Assembly: GCA_028023455.1 (NCBI GenBank)
Contig: JAQFVV010000009.1
Span: forward strand, 9,672,001 to 9,736,000
Source of the DNA: Epiperipatus broadwayi
Taxonomy: Eukaryota > Animalia > Onychophora
DNA: 64,000 nucleotides
Direction of reading: 5' to 3'
The translations under genes were made by a program, and so were the position numbers. Positions 24,951 through 38,354 of this stretch are shown in pieces. The notes below the pieces were generated by a model, which saw nothing but the letters and a program-made list of their open reading frames with translations, was not told the origin of the DNA and did not search any database. The stretch's first letter is position 1; each line of letters opens with the position of its first letter.

Positions 24951-26291
24951 TGAGTTTTCAGGACTACCAAGATGGCAGTCTGTATTTTTGATAAAATTTG
25001 ATAAATATAGTTTTGAGGGTTTACCAAGATGGCAGTCTGTATTTTTGATAAATTCCATTAACAATCTTCCAACATTTACAAAATTAATGTTACATTTTAA
25101 AAAAAGAAATAAGTTCCGATAAATTTCATTAACAATCTTTATTTCAATTTTGTTTACTTCCCCCAAAAACGTTTACAGAAGTAATATTAAATTAAAGAAA
25201 AAAAAAAAGGAATAAATTTTGACAAATTTCATTAACAATATTTATTTCAATTATTTTTGACTTCTTCGAAAAACATTTATAATATGAGTAGAGGGCCTAT
25301 AATCCCTGAATCTGTATTAAAGTAATAAATTCCAATAAATTTAATTCACAATCTTTATTTCAATTTTTTTTTATTTACTTCCTTAAATGACTTAGTTACA
25401 TTTACAAAAAATGAACCAAAAAATTATATATATACAATATTTATAGTTTATTAATATCTACAATCTCCCAAAGATGACTTAGTTATATTTATAGAAAAGT
25501 GAGCCCAAAAATTTCTAAAATCACTGTAGATGTTCCGAGGACCTATAATTTCCCAAAATCTTAGTTGTTAAATTAAAAAAAAAAAAAAATTCCAATAAAT
25601 TTCATATAAATTCTGATAAATGTCATTAAATATACATATTTCTTTTTTTTTTTTACTTATATTGTGGAAGTGATAAGAAACTAACATGTTCAATTCAGTA
25701 TGTTTCTTTTTGGCCACAGATTTTTTTTTGTAAATTGTAATAATTATCAAAATTTGGGATCTTCCTCTCACAGAACAAGATGCAATGGAGTATTTTGAAA
25801 AGGAAAAAAAAAAGGAACCAGACACAGTATCTGGATTCCTATTTAGTAGAATTTATGCGGTGTTGACTGCAACAACAACATTTATTTGTAGTGATTTTGG
25901 AAGCCATTAGGTATTGCATGTCAGTGACATAAATAAATTGTAAATATTGTATTTATATATTTTTGGTTCATTTTTTGTAGATGTAACTAACACATCTTAG
26001 AGAGATTGTAGATCCTTCACTTATTTTTTTGTAAATGTAACTAACACATCTCTGGGAGATCATAGGCCTCCACTCACTTTTTCATAAAGTAAATAAAAAA
26101 AATTGAAATAAAGATTAAGAAATTTATCAGAATTTATTCCTTTTTTTAAAATTTAACATTAATTTTGTAAATGTCACAAAATTGTTGATGAAATTTATCA
26201 AAAATATGGGCTAGCATCTTGGTAAGCCCTCAAAACTGTATACTTATCAAATTTTATCAAAAATATGGATTGCCATCTTGCAACTCACAAG
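24947..26291. mobile_element. ~1.35-kb foldback-type element with long modular inverted repeats
   Basis: 24947-25160 is inverted at 26095-26291 (cttgtgagtt / aactcacaag, accaagatggcagtc repeats). Inner modules 25380-25520 are mirrored at 25940-26080. Confidence 0.7.
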
Positions 26292-28303
26292 GACCAAAAT
26301 TATTTTTAACTTTTTAATATTTGGATATTTTTTGTGTTTACTTCTATTTAAAATGAACAATAAAAAAAGTTGCAGTCTAAAAGAAATTTGGCCACATTAA
26401 AAATAGAGTGCAATATTATTTTATTTGTAAAAGAAATGTTTTTAAAAAAGAAACTTTTACAATCAAGAGAATTTAAGATTTTATTTTATTTCTATTTCAA
26501 TTTATTGTAAACACTTTTTAATGTAAATTTTTTTGTTATTTTAAAAAATCATCTTTTAGTGCACATCACTAAAAACTTACTGAACCAATAGGTGTTTGAT
26601 ATTAGTTCAACCCACAATGTTAATCTAAACAAACAATTAGACTATTCTGAAATATTTGTTGCCATATTGCATTGTCCTTGATTTCTAACATATGCAGAAT
26701 TTGAAGGAAATTCATTTGATCTATGTTAAAAATTGATTACAAAATTTATCCTAAACAAACAAATAAGCACAGTTATAAAAGTGTTTAATAAAAATGAATT
26801 CACATTTATTACAAAATTGATATTTGTTAAAATATTTAATTGTATTTTAATGATAACCCTTTTCATTTTCATAAAGTCACAATATTTTTACTAAAATTAT
26901 AACAACTTCCAGAGTTTTATAAATTACCAGGATTATTTTAATAAAAAAAATTAAGATGGTTGTTCTGAAATTTTGACATTCAATGGGCATTACAAATCAA
27001 AAATAGAAAACTATCATTACCCTTATAAATGATTGTGCTAAAATATATGAATAAATAATTATGCTAAAAAAGTGCACACTTTCTCTGTCATAAACAGTGT
27101 CATACCATGTATCAATTATGAGAACACACCAAAATGGGAAAGATTATCTTTGAAAGCTATAATTCCTGAAATCAAACCAAGGTCCACTGTATAAAAACCC
27201 ATAAAAATATTAATGAAAACTAAGAGAAAAAGAATAGGATATTAACTTTTAAAATAAAAATAAATCAAAGAATAATGTGCAAAATAAAAAAAACACTAAA
27301 AAAAAAAATCACAGCCTCAAAAGTTGAAGATTTCTGGATTGATTTTCAACTGAGTAAAGTAACAATAACAAAAAATTTAATTTGAACTGTTGAATTCAAA
27401 ATTCTATTTGGGTGCTTTAAGAGCAGACTAATCATATAATTAAATAAATAATAATGAACATCAAATATGAAACAAATTTAACTTTGGACAAGCCAGCTTA
27501 GGAAATTAAATTACTTTGCTCATTTTTAAAAATTCCATGAGATCATTCCAGTAGCAAAATGTATGTCACTTTGGTAAATTTTTTGAGAAAGAAATTTTCC
27601 TATTATTTTGCTGATATTTGTTCATTCAAATGCAAATACAGACTTTCTGTACTATATTTAATATGAAAGTGAACACTATAATAGCAACATTCAAATAAAA
27701 TTTATTAAGATGCAGTGCAGTAGCATAATAAAATTATAATTTAATTCAGAAGTGTTATGTTTGATTTATATGCACTTGGCAATTTCACACACATATCAAA
27801 GATATCAGAGCTTAGTAAAACAACTCTATCAAAAATGACATACATAAAAAAAAGGTTAAAAATCCAGTTGACTAATGTTTATTTAAAATTTTTTATATAT
27901 CTGAACTTATCCAGCTTGTGCTCTAATCATGGCATATTTTCAAGAATCAACACATAAGATCAAACATTACAACTAATTTGTAACTTCATGATATATTTCT
28001 TAATTAAAATAAAAATTCTTAATAGTTGATTATATTTTATTATTACTACCACAATTTATTAATTAATAAATGCGGCTTTCCATCATAGATATGGCTTCTG
28101 ATCCCTGTACAAATGAAGACTGCTAACACCAAGTATAACTATTTCCAATAAAAACATACCCCACATACATGTGTTATTATGCAAATAATCAAAGTAAAAA
28201 AAAATAAATGTTTTTATCAGTGATGAAATGGATTATTTTATTGAGAGTTAAACAAATCTTAACTTTATTGACAATATATTTATTAAATAAAAAGATAAAA
28301 TGA

Positions 28304-28646
28304 TTGAATGTGAAAGCACATATAAATATTCATAGAAAATTCCAATATGGCTTTCTGATAAAGATTTAATATTTTTGTGAGCAAATAAAAATCTCTCTTG
28401 GTAATACAGTGTACTGAAATAAAATATTTTTTTTTTGATTTTTTTTTTAGTACTTTAAATGCTTTTTTCAAATTGTTCGATTATTAAAATTTGAATGTGA
28501 AAGCATATATAAATATTCATAGAAAATTCCAATATGTGAGCATATAAGAATCTTTCTCTTGGTAATTTACGGAAATAAAATATTTTAATTTGATTTTTTT
28601 TTAGTACTTTAAATGCTTTTTTCAAATTGTTTGATTATTAAAATTT
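28304..28646. repeat. Local tandem duplication (~187 bp plus an internally deleted ~155 bp copy)
   Basis: ttgaatgtgaaagcaNatataaatattcatagaaaattccaatatg starts at 28304 and again at 28491, with matching 3' ends. Confidence 0.85.
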
Positions 28647-29859
28647 AAAGTCGAGGAAACTTCATAAAAATGGAGTTTGAATTGGAATCTTTCAGTATTT
28701 GATATTAAAAATTGAAGATTTATACGTTGTTTTAAAATATTCTGAATTTCTAAGCAGATTCAAAACTATCTAGTTATAATGTACACCTAGTTCAAAATAT
28801 ATAAAATAATTAATTTATTACTCACAAAATTCATTAATTCACAATCACAATCAATTTTTTTGACACATTAATCAAAGTAAATATATAAAATCCCAAAATA
28901 TTTTCTTTTAAGAACTTGTTATTTCATATGTGCATTATTGTTAAGAAATTAACAATTTGATATTTTCTTCTTCTGTTCTATCTGGTGAGAGATTTTGAAA
29001 ATGTTCAATATTTACTACTATATAAAATCTTTTATTTTATACTAAAATTCAATAAGTTGGTCTTGATTTTTTTTTAAATATTTAAAAACTAACTTGCAAA
29101 TCAAATACTGCATTATATCCGTCATAAACCAAGTTAGTGTAAACATTCTTTTGGAAAATGAATATTTTTTATTTTAAATTTCTTTTCAATGTGAATGAAC
29201 AAAGATAAATTTATGATATATCAAGTTCTGCTTTAAAATCTGATATTTTCATTGTAATAACTACAATAATGAAAAAAATTTAATACCATGATGATTCTGA
29301 CAGATGATATTACATGTATCATGGGGATTCCTTTGTTTATATTATAGTCAAGTCTATTAACTTCTATTTCTAAAAATAAAAGATAAATACATTAAAAGTG
29401 TACATGTGTATTCTTTTTGTTTTAAATAATAATCAATCAAGTAGTGCCTAAAAATATCAAAAATATTTTGTAAAAAAGCAAAAAAATGTATTTCACTTAT
29501 ACCAAAATTTTTGCTTAAAAAGAGATCAGAAGGAAGTAAATGCCCAGAAAGCATTTTCTTTTGTATCAAACAATAGTGATATTCCTTTGATCTATGGTGA
29601 CTGACCCTGAAATTTAGATCACTGTCTATAACAGACTGATCTCTTCAACATTTCCCCCAAATAAAATGATAATAAAAGCATTATGGGAAATTTTATATTA
29701 AAAAAAACATGATAATCATTATCACTTAAGATAACAATAATAGAGCATTTTAAAATTATGGAACAACCAGGCTTTTGTGAAATATACAAGGTATATTTCA
29801 TAATAGCAGAGTGAGTAGGAAAGATTAAACACCAATTTTCATTTCAAGATTTTCCATTT

Positions 29860-30084
29860 GTAGTAATAATATTTCCTCTCATTTCACTATACTTTTACAG
29901 CGTAAAAAATAAAAACGTTAATTATATGTTAAAATTTTATTTTTGAAATAAATATTTTTTTGTGCATTATGTGTATTATTAACAATATCCAACTATAAAT
30001 TTACATTGAAAAAATAAATGGTGCCTGCCACCTGGCCGGTATTATAGAATGTGCTCTTAAGTGCAAAAAGGTTGGGGACCCCTG
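29860..30084 (+). mobile_element. hAT (Charlie/Buster-like) element, right end only
   Basis: Terminal ggttggggacccctg is followed by ctttagat, which fits the hAT target consensus. The left end was not located. Confidence 0.5.
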
Positions 30085-31502
30085 CTTTAGATAGTGTATG
30101 TGTGCAGCAACATTTTTGTTTCACATAAATTTTATATATCATATATTAAGCATTAAATAAGTAAATTTTTGCAATATAAGCACCTATATTTATTAATATT
30201 AATTTAGATGGAGAATAGATTTCATGATCACAAATGTTTTTGTCTATTTGTCATTTTTTATATTTGTTAATACATTTTTAATTCATTTAAAACAAATAAA
30301 CGATTGGATTGGTAAGTGTAGGTATTATTATATATTATTTTCTGTATTAGAAATACAATATATTCTCTTTTAAGCTAGGTATATATCTTATGTGATAATA
30401 GATTAATTAATTTGATATAGCTAAATGTTGACTAATTAGATGATCACCATAATTATTTTAGCAGTTATATGCAATAGTTACTTTCGGTAAAAATTTATAA
30501 CTGAGCTACTTTAATAGTTTATAGAGTATAAACATATTAATTATTTAAAGTAAACAAAGACGATTATAATTAGATGCTGCATATTATTTTAAGCTATTAC
30601 CTATTGGATGTATATTATAGTAACTTATTATTTAGTTAGAAAAATGGTAATTTTATGATGTTATAAAACTAGTAATTGTATACACTGAAACTGATATTTG
30701 AATTATATTAAATAGAATGATTTATTTTGCTTAGATTTAAAGCTCATCGGAATGGATTATATATTTAATTTAAATTTTAAGCTTTTAATATTACCATTTA
30801 CTATAATAGAGTATTAATAATACTATGCATATTAGGATAATTATGATTTAGAGTTTAATAATTTTGCTTTATTGATTTGAAGAATAATTGGTGATTTGCT
30901 AATCGTGTTTGTATAAGTGTCAAATAAGAGTCTTTCATTTTATATCATTATAAGGTAGCACAAGTGGGGAGATATGTTAGATGAATCTTGATTTTTAAAA
31001 GAGAAAGTGTTACATATTTTATTAATGATAAGTTAAGGTGCATAAATCTATAGGATAACAGACCTTTTACCATTATTAAGTATTTCTATTCTGCTACAAT
31101 TCATTTATTCAACAAGTGCATATTAGTATTTATGAGACAGTGTTGCTCTGTTAACATTATTTTTATTTTATTTTGTTATAATTGGCTCCCAAGTTTGTGG
31201 GATGATCTGAAATATTAGCTTCTTGTACTATAACCATTACAACAAGTGATCAACAATTGGGCTACACTTTTATTGTTACAATTGGTGTTTTAAATTTGCA
31301 GGCTATATTAAAGTCTTTATTATTCTTATCATAATTTTATTCTGTTACAATCTGTGGGGCTATTAAATAAGAGCTTATCACAATTTTTATTCAGATACAA
31401 TATTTATCTATATATAATGTTTATAATAGAGTGACAATAACTGAAAATTTTATTTACAGCTTTTTTAAATATTATAGAAGAAGAGGATCTCCTTATACAA
31501 AG

Positions 31503-32227
31503 ATATAAATATCCAATATGTATATAAATTTTACACAGAGTAAAAAAAATTAAAATAAAAAATAAATACTAATTTATCATGTGCTTTTGGTACTGTATAC
31601 CAGATTCATGTTGACTAATTTAAACTGAACAGTTAATATTCCAGTATATGCTCAATTTTGACACTAGTATTATGTTGATTAATGACAACATTAGATCTAG
31701 CAATAAACCAGGGCCTCTTTTAACTTCCTCTTCCTTTCAATTTGAGGAAAACATTTATGCCCATTAATTTTCTCATGATTAAAAAATACTGAATTAACCT
31801 GAGATTCCATTTTAGATTTCTTATATTGATAAATATGTTGCTGCCACTTTGCTGATATATTAGCTTTCGTTTGCCTATAATAAATAACATTACAATCATA
31901 CTCACAGCAAATAATTCATCAATATAGAAAATCTAAAATGGAATTTTCGGCTAATTTAGTATTTTTTAACCATGAAAAAATTAGTAGGCACGAATGTTTT
32001 CCTCAGGAAATTAAGAGGTTTGGTTTATTGCTAGGTCTGATAATATGATTAATCAATGTAATACGAGTGTCCCATTGAGCATGCAATGGAATATTAACCA
32101 TTCAGTTTAAATTAGTCTCCATGAATCTGGTATACAGTACCAAAAGCTCTTGGTGAATTAGTATTTATTTTTTATTTAAAATTTTTTTACTCTATGTAAT
32201 ATTTATATACAAGTTAGATATTTATAT
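31503..32227 (-). mobile_element. Penelope-like element remnant: GIY-YIG 3' end with an inverted terminal-repeat copy
   Basis: The minus strand encodes IG/QTKANISAKWQQHIY...GHKCF...RKRKLKEALVYC* (frameshifted GIY-YIG). 31503-31828 is inverted at 31919-32227. Confidence 0.7.
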
Positions 32228-33070
32228 TTAGAACACAGAGTTGGTGATTTATTATATAGAAATATGTAAATAACATTTACCATTAGACTATCAAGTGGGT
32301 TTAAACCTAAACAATTCAATAACAGATGAAATATACATACAATGGCTATGTAAAAATGAAAATGCTTAGACATGTGTGTCTTTGTAACTGTCTATAAAAA
32401 CTAAGAAGTGATTCTGTGTTAAACTTCACTAATATTATTTCTGCTACATAGAATAATTAAAATTTGAAATAAGCTTGCCAAGTGTATAACAGATTACAAA
32501 TGAGGCCACCCACACAATTAGACATTCTGCAAAATATCAAAAACTCATCAGGATGTAATTGATTTCTTTTTTTAAATACCATTAAAATGAATAATAATAC
32601 GAATTTTATTTTAATAATTCTTAAATAACTTTTCACATCTGAAGATGTTATTTTTTAATTGATAAAAATAAACCAGTAAAAGTTTGCAATTATAATTGCT
32701 GTTCTTAATATACTTAATGTAATTAGCACTTAACATTAAAAAAAGACATGCAAATTGAAATAAATAAAAATTGCTAATAGAAATTAAGCTAACTAAACCT
32801 TTAAAAATGAATTATTTACTAAACAAACAAAAAAATCTGTAATAATATATAAATTTCAAAAAGAGCTTTGAAAGAAAAGAGTTGTTACTATTATAATATG
32901 TTATCAACTTTAATTTTTATGATTTACCTGCTGAATGGCCCTGTAAATGAAAATCAATCCATAAAAAACAAAATATAATATTTATTTGTCCAAAAAATTT
33001 TTGCAGAATAATAAAAAACGTAATCCATATCAATTTGAAAAAGAAATCTGGTAAATGTAGTTTATTACAA

Positions 33071-33277
33071 CAGACTTTCACATAACCCACAACTCTCAGT
33101 GCCATCTGATACTGCTGACCCACCTGATCACACACATGTTGAAAAGATAAATAACCACCAACATATGTATTTCATGCTAAAACAACACTCATCAGTTGGT
33201 CCAGATTACCATGTGAATGATCAGATGGGTCGGTAATATAAGATGATACTGAGAGTTGTGGGTCGTGTGAAAGTCTG
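33071..33277. repeat. 207-bp hairpin element: 68-bp arms (57/68 identical) around a 71-bp spacer
   Basis: Arms 33071-33138 and 33210-33277 were compared base by base; most mismatches are transitions. Confidence 0.85.
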
Positions 33278-34454
33278 AGTTCGAATCCCGCATATATTAC
33301 ATATATAAATGCATGTGTAAGCCTGTACAATGTATTAATTTATCACAACAATAAAATTAACATATACTTTCTTAGTACTAATTTCAAAATAAAAAAGGAT
33401 TTCTTTTTGAAAGATAACAATGAAATTTATCAACATAATATTGGGATAAGAATTTTGAAATGACACTACAGCATTAACATGTTCATTGAAGTTAAAAATG
33501 TTTCACATTTTAATATGCAAAATAAAATTTCACACCATATCATTGGATACTGCTATAATCAAAAGTTGTGATAGTATTCAATTATATTCACTATAATAGT
33601 TGAATAACTTTTAGTTCATCAATTATTAATTATCATCATGCCATAGTTTTCATAATTACATTAAAATGATAAAGATTTTGATTGTGAGTTGATATGCAAT
33701 GAAAAAAAAGTGTTAGTATTTTTGTGCCAGCATACTCTCTTAAAATACAATAAAAGTATGGAGCCTTGTGGCCAGTGCAGTTTTAGTATTTGAGAGAAAA
33801 AAAAAACCTCAATGAAAGATTTTATTCCAATTTTATGATGTTCATGCAAAAAGATATCAGTCAAGTCACTCAGTTAGGAGTGATAATGGTTTTTCGATTA
33901 CACTGATTTGAATGGGGGGAAGAAGTAAACTGACTTTGTGTGAAATTTTATGCTGGCCTTATAGGAAAATCTTCTAATACTATTGAAAACTAATTCAATA
34001 TGACTGAGAAGTTTGTTAGATCACAACCTCAATCCAAACAAGCAGTCGCATAGTGAAATAAAAACACTTTCTGTTCAAATACAAATTATTTGGCCATTAT
34101 AAATAGAACGAAGGAAGTCTCACGGTATGCTCCTTTTGTCAGAAAATAATATGCACATATATATAATTCAATCACTGCAAATTCAAAATTTTATTGACTA
34201 ATTTAATTTTAAGCTTTTCATATTTAAATATATATATATATGCATTTAATTTCTTATAAATTATCATTTTAATGGTTTTATTCAACACAAATATTGCTGT
34301 CAATTCATTTCTTATAGAATATTTTTTGCAATGCTTCACATGCTAAAAGGCTGCTTAGCAAATTGGAATAATAAATACATTTTATAATTTGTTCATTGAT
34401 TTTTCCTCTGTAGTGCTATCTGGTAGGTAGATCATGAAGCTTAACCCTCTAACA

Positions 34455-35280
34455 CAGCCATACTCAACTTGAAGTCTGCAGACTGCATATGACCCACAGA
34501 GCTTTCATATGCGGACCAAAACCCACACTCATTAATCCAAATTTTTAAAATCTTCAGATGTACAGCACCTGCCTGCCCCTCACTTCAATCAGAAACAGCA
34601 TTCATGACATATGTTTGTTTAATGTTAGTAACACCATATTGCATATATACATCAAGGTGTGACAGTTTGGTTTTTTTATAATTTCAAGTGTCAATTACAA
34701 CTACAAACTTGTGATTATTTTGAAACATACCGTTTTATATTTAACTATAATTTAATTAGAATGGCAGAAGTGTTTTCAAAATGAAAATGAAAAATATCTG
34801 ATGAAAATAGTGTTTCAAGACAATTGGGAAAAAAAATATTTTATTGTGCAAAATAAATATAGTCAGGCAACTTGTTTGATTTGTCATAAAAATATTACAT
34901 TAAAAAAAACCCAAAACATTGTTTCTCATTATACCATAAAACAGAAATCATTTAATAATTCTTTTCATCATGGGTCTTATTTTAATAAGATGTAAAAATG
35001 AATAGTAATTATAGAGACATTCTTTTACATAACTTAATGATCAACTAAGCTGAGGAAAAATTCAGATCAGTATTTTTCTTTATGGAATAAATTATTTTAT
35101 TTTGGCAACAAAACAATAAAATTTACAGAGAATTTAAAAATGATGGATGGTAGTATCTTTTAGCCATTTTGTGTGATATCACAGAAAAACTTGGTGAGCT
35201 CAATCATTGTTTATAGGCTGAAAATGAAATAATTTCACAAATGACTAATAAAGTGTTTTGCTTTTGAAGAGTACAAAGTA
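34455..35280 (+). mobile_element. hAT (SPIN/GTF2IRD2-like) internally deleted transposon remnant
   Basis: ORF 34801..34995 FQDNWEKKYF...CLICH...NIVSHY is the family's N-terminal zinc finger. Downstream W..LAILCDIT..L.ELN..L is also family-typical. A CpG-decayed 5' terminus lies at 34455. Confidence 0.7.
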
Positions 35281-38226
35281 TGCACACACATTTATGTAGT
35301 AAAAATAGATAAGGGAAATGAATAATTATATCTAATTGATTATTAATTAATTAAAAAACTAATTAATGAGAAACTAAGCATCTATTGAGGAAATACAAAA
35401 TCAAATAATACATAATTTTCCAATTACTATGTCAGGATTCAAAACACACAAACACATATATATTACAAAAAATAAAGTTTAGAAATAAATTTTGGATTTA
35501 ATAAAATATATATTAATTATATAAAAAATAGTCAAAGCTAAATAAAGACACGATTAAGCACTGAGTATTAAGTAATCAAATTCTATCTAACATAAGGCCT
35601 CTATTCAGCATTGACTATTTTTTTATATAATTAATATATATTTTATTAAACAAAAATATATTTCTATTATTAACTTTAATCCTTATACTATATATATATA
35701 TATAGATGTTTTGAATACACACAAAAACTAAATAAGATATTACTAACATTTCTTCAAAAAACTATATGATCAATTCAAATTATTTAGCTACCTTATACAA
35801 GGGATTTATTTAAAAGCAGATTCTAGAATTTAAGAAATATTAAGAATTGTTTGTTGCTTGTAGATCGGAATTATTATACAACTAGCTGCACTGGGAGATG
35901 ATTATGCAAAGTTATTTGAAGAATTCATTGAATTCACAAATAATACATGTAGAGATTTTTTTTTAAAAAAAGGGAGAGAAAAAGTATGCCAAATTTTGGA
36001 AATTAGTGCCAGAAAACTATAAGATTGTACAAAGGTGTGTTCAAATACTGCTCACATTGTTTGTTTGCATTAACCTATCTTTGTGAATAATCCTATTCTA
36101 AAATGAAATATGCAAAGAATGTATTAAGAGTAGCATGCAGTAATTAATTTTTTAATAAACACTTAAGACACATTTAGATTTATTTTTTACACATAGTGGC
36201 CCATTGAAACATAAAAAACATATGTAAGTTGTTTGAGAAAAAGAAGCATAAGTATGGCCTTTCTAATAGGTTGTCATTTTCTATTGCTATCTGTACTGGC
36301 TGTTTTTGTCAATATTCATCTCTTGATTTTAGTATTAAATTTTTATTCCATACTGAAATTCAATAAATTGAACTTGATTTCTTTAAAAAATAATAATAAA
36401 GTGAGCCTGTAATGAGAACAAAGAAATATGAAGCATTCAATTTCAAAAAAATATCAAAATCTTTGTTGACTGAAATTTATTTCTAAAATGAGAATGAATA
36501 AATGTGAAGCCTTGATAAATTTATAAAATTCTATTATAAAATATCAAGGGATTAGATTTATAATTTTTAGAATATCTCAAAAAGTTGTCAGTGATCAGTT
36601 TCACAAAATGAACATAGTACCAGCCATAGTTATTAATTTCCATTTTTAAAAATAAAATATATACAAATCAAAATGTATTTATGTATTTTTTTGGTTTAAA
36701 TAATTATTATAAAATTATTGTGTAAAAATAATCAGAAATCTTTAATAAACTATATAAGAAATCATGTTTTTTGCTATTCCAAAATAATCACATAAATACA
36801 AGAACAAAGAATCAAAACCATAAAACAAACACATAGAGGCTGAAATAAAAACATGAAAGCTGGACCGATTATTGAAAAATACTAACTTCTTCAGATTTTT
36901 TTAAAGATTAATACATCAATATTATGTTAATTTAGTTTTCTATATAAAAATTTGCATGAATACTAAAAAAATATCAATGATTGAGCAGAAAAGCAATATC
37001 AAGTTAAAAAAAACTACCAGCAACATCTCTAAACAAATCATTATCTAATGCAAGCTTAATATTCATCGAGTTAAGCTAGATTTCATACTATAATAGTATT
37101 AAAAATTCATCATCCTTAGTCCAGTGTAAACAAACTGCCTGCCAAAGATTAAACTATCTTCAATTAATTTGAAAAACTAATATAATTAGAATAAAGAACT
37201 TTGAATATAATGACTGAGAAGTAATAGTATGAAAACATGTTATTTTTGATTTATAACAAATATATTAAAGAGCAATCATTACTTTCAAGAGTTGATGATG
37301 TGATCATTGTAATTATAGAGAATTATTTTACTCATATCAAATAATTAATATTGTCAATGAAACAATTGCAGACTATTGGAATTATTCCATAAGAATGAAA
37401 ATAAAAGAGGTCAAATGAAGTCCTGATGTGAATTTCACATTTTTTTTTCATATCAGAATAACAGTCTAAGATATTTCATCTATGCTTGCTTAAGTTTTTT
37501 AATACGATGATATAAAAAACAAGCATAAAATTTTTGTATTACTATAAAAAAATCCTTTTTTTTTTTTTTTTCCAAAACCTAACATATACAAAAGAAACAC
37601 TATTGATTCATTGCCTATAGATATATCATTTTCTAATAAAAGTGCTTTGGGGTTACAATTATATTTTTTGTTTTATGGCTAATACATAAAATATTTTTCT
37701 TATTAATTAAGATTATCTAGAAACCATTATTTGCCAACTAAGCATAGTTAGATACCCATTCACAATTCAATACTGGACTGACTATTAGAAAAAATTCTAG
37801 GTTTACACATATTTGAAGATGAGATCATACAGATGGCAGATAAATGCATATATCATAGTATAAGAATGACCTCTACTTCATTATACATACAAACACAACA
37901 AAAAAATGTTATTAAACTATTACTTTCCCCTATTATTCCCATGCGATCAAACATAAATAAATATTTTTTTTTGCCTGAATACTAACTGGCTAATTTATAT
38001 TTTTTTGTGACATTCAAAATATGTAGAAAAAAATTCTAACTTATTATTTATTCCATGATTGTTGCAAATAATTATAGTTTTCTTTAATGGCATGCCAACT
38101 ACACTAATTTATATTTTTGAGATTCCAAAATTTTTCTCAAATTAAATGTCAAAAACCAGACTAAAAATATATAAATTGTGTGACAATTACAAATTAAACA
38201 ATATTATATATATATAAACCACTTAC

Positions 38227-38354
38227 GAGAACTATTTCGATAGAGTAGAAATGGATCTTGTAATTGAAATTCTAAATCTTTAGTAATAGGTTCCACCATA
38301 TTGGATGTATTTAAGCGATTCATAATTAAAAAACCATTCAGAGGAAATGCAGAT
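38227..38354 (-). CDS. DCP1: DCP1 internal coding exon (EVH1 domain; equivalent to vertebrate exon 3), 128 nt
   Basis: Acceptor ttttttcag| and donor |gtaagt. Translates (R)SAFPLNGFLIMNRLNTSNMVEPITKDLEFQLQDPFLLYRNSS(L), a recognisable Dcp1 EVH1 segment. The 1-nt overhang c joins tt of the next exon to give Leu. Confidence 0.96.

Noticed and set aside
33277-33291. gttcgaatccc as a tRNA gene
   Set aside because: Only a B-box/T-loop-like motif; no cloverleaf or clear A-box.
12176-37500. Numerous 60-90 aa ORFs in the supplied track
   Set aside because: Composition (F, I, L, K, Y-rich) reflects AT-rich non-coding DNA. There are no recognisable domains apart from the transposon remnants listed.
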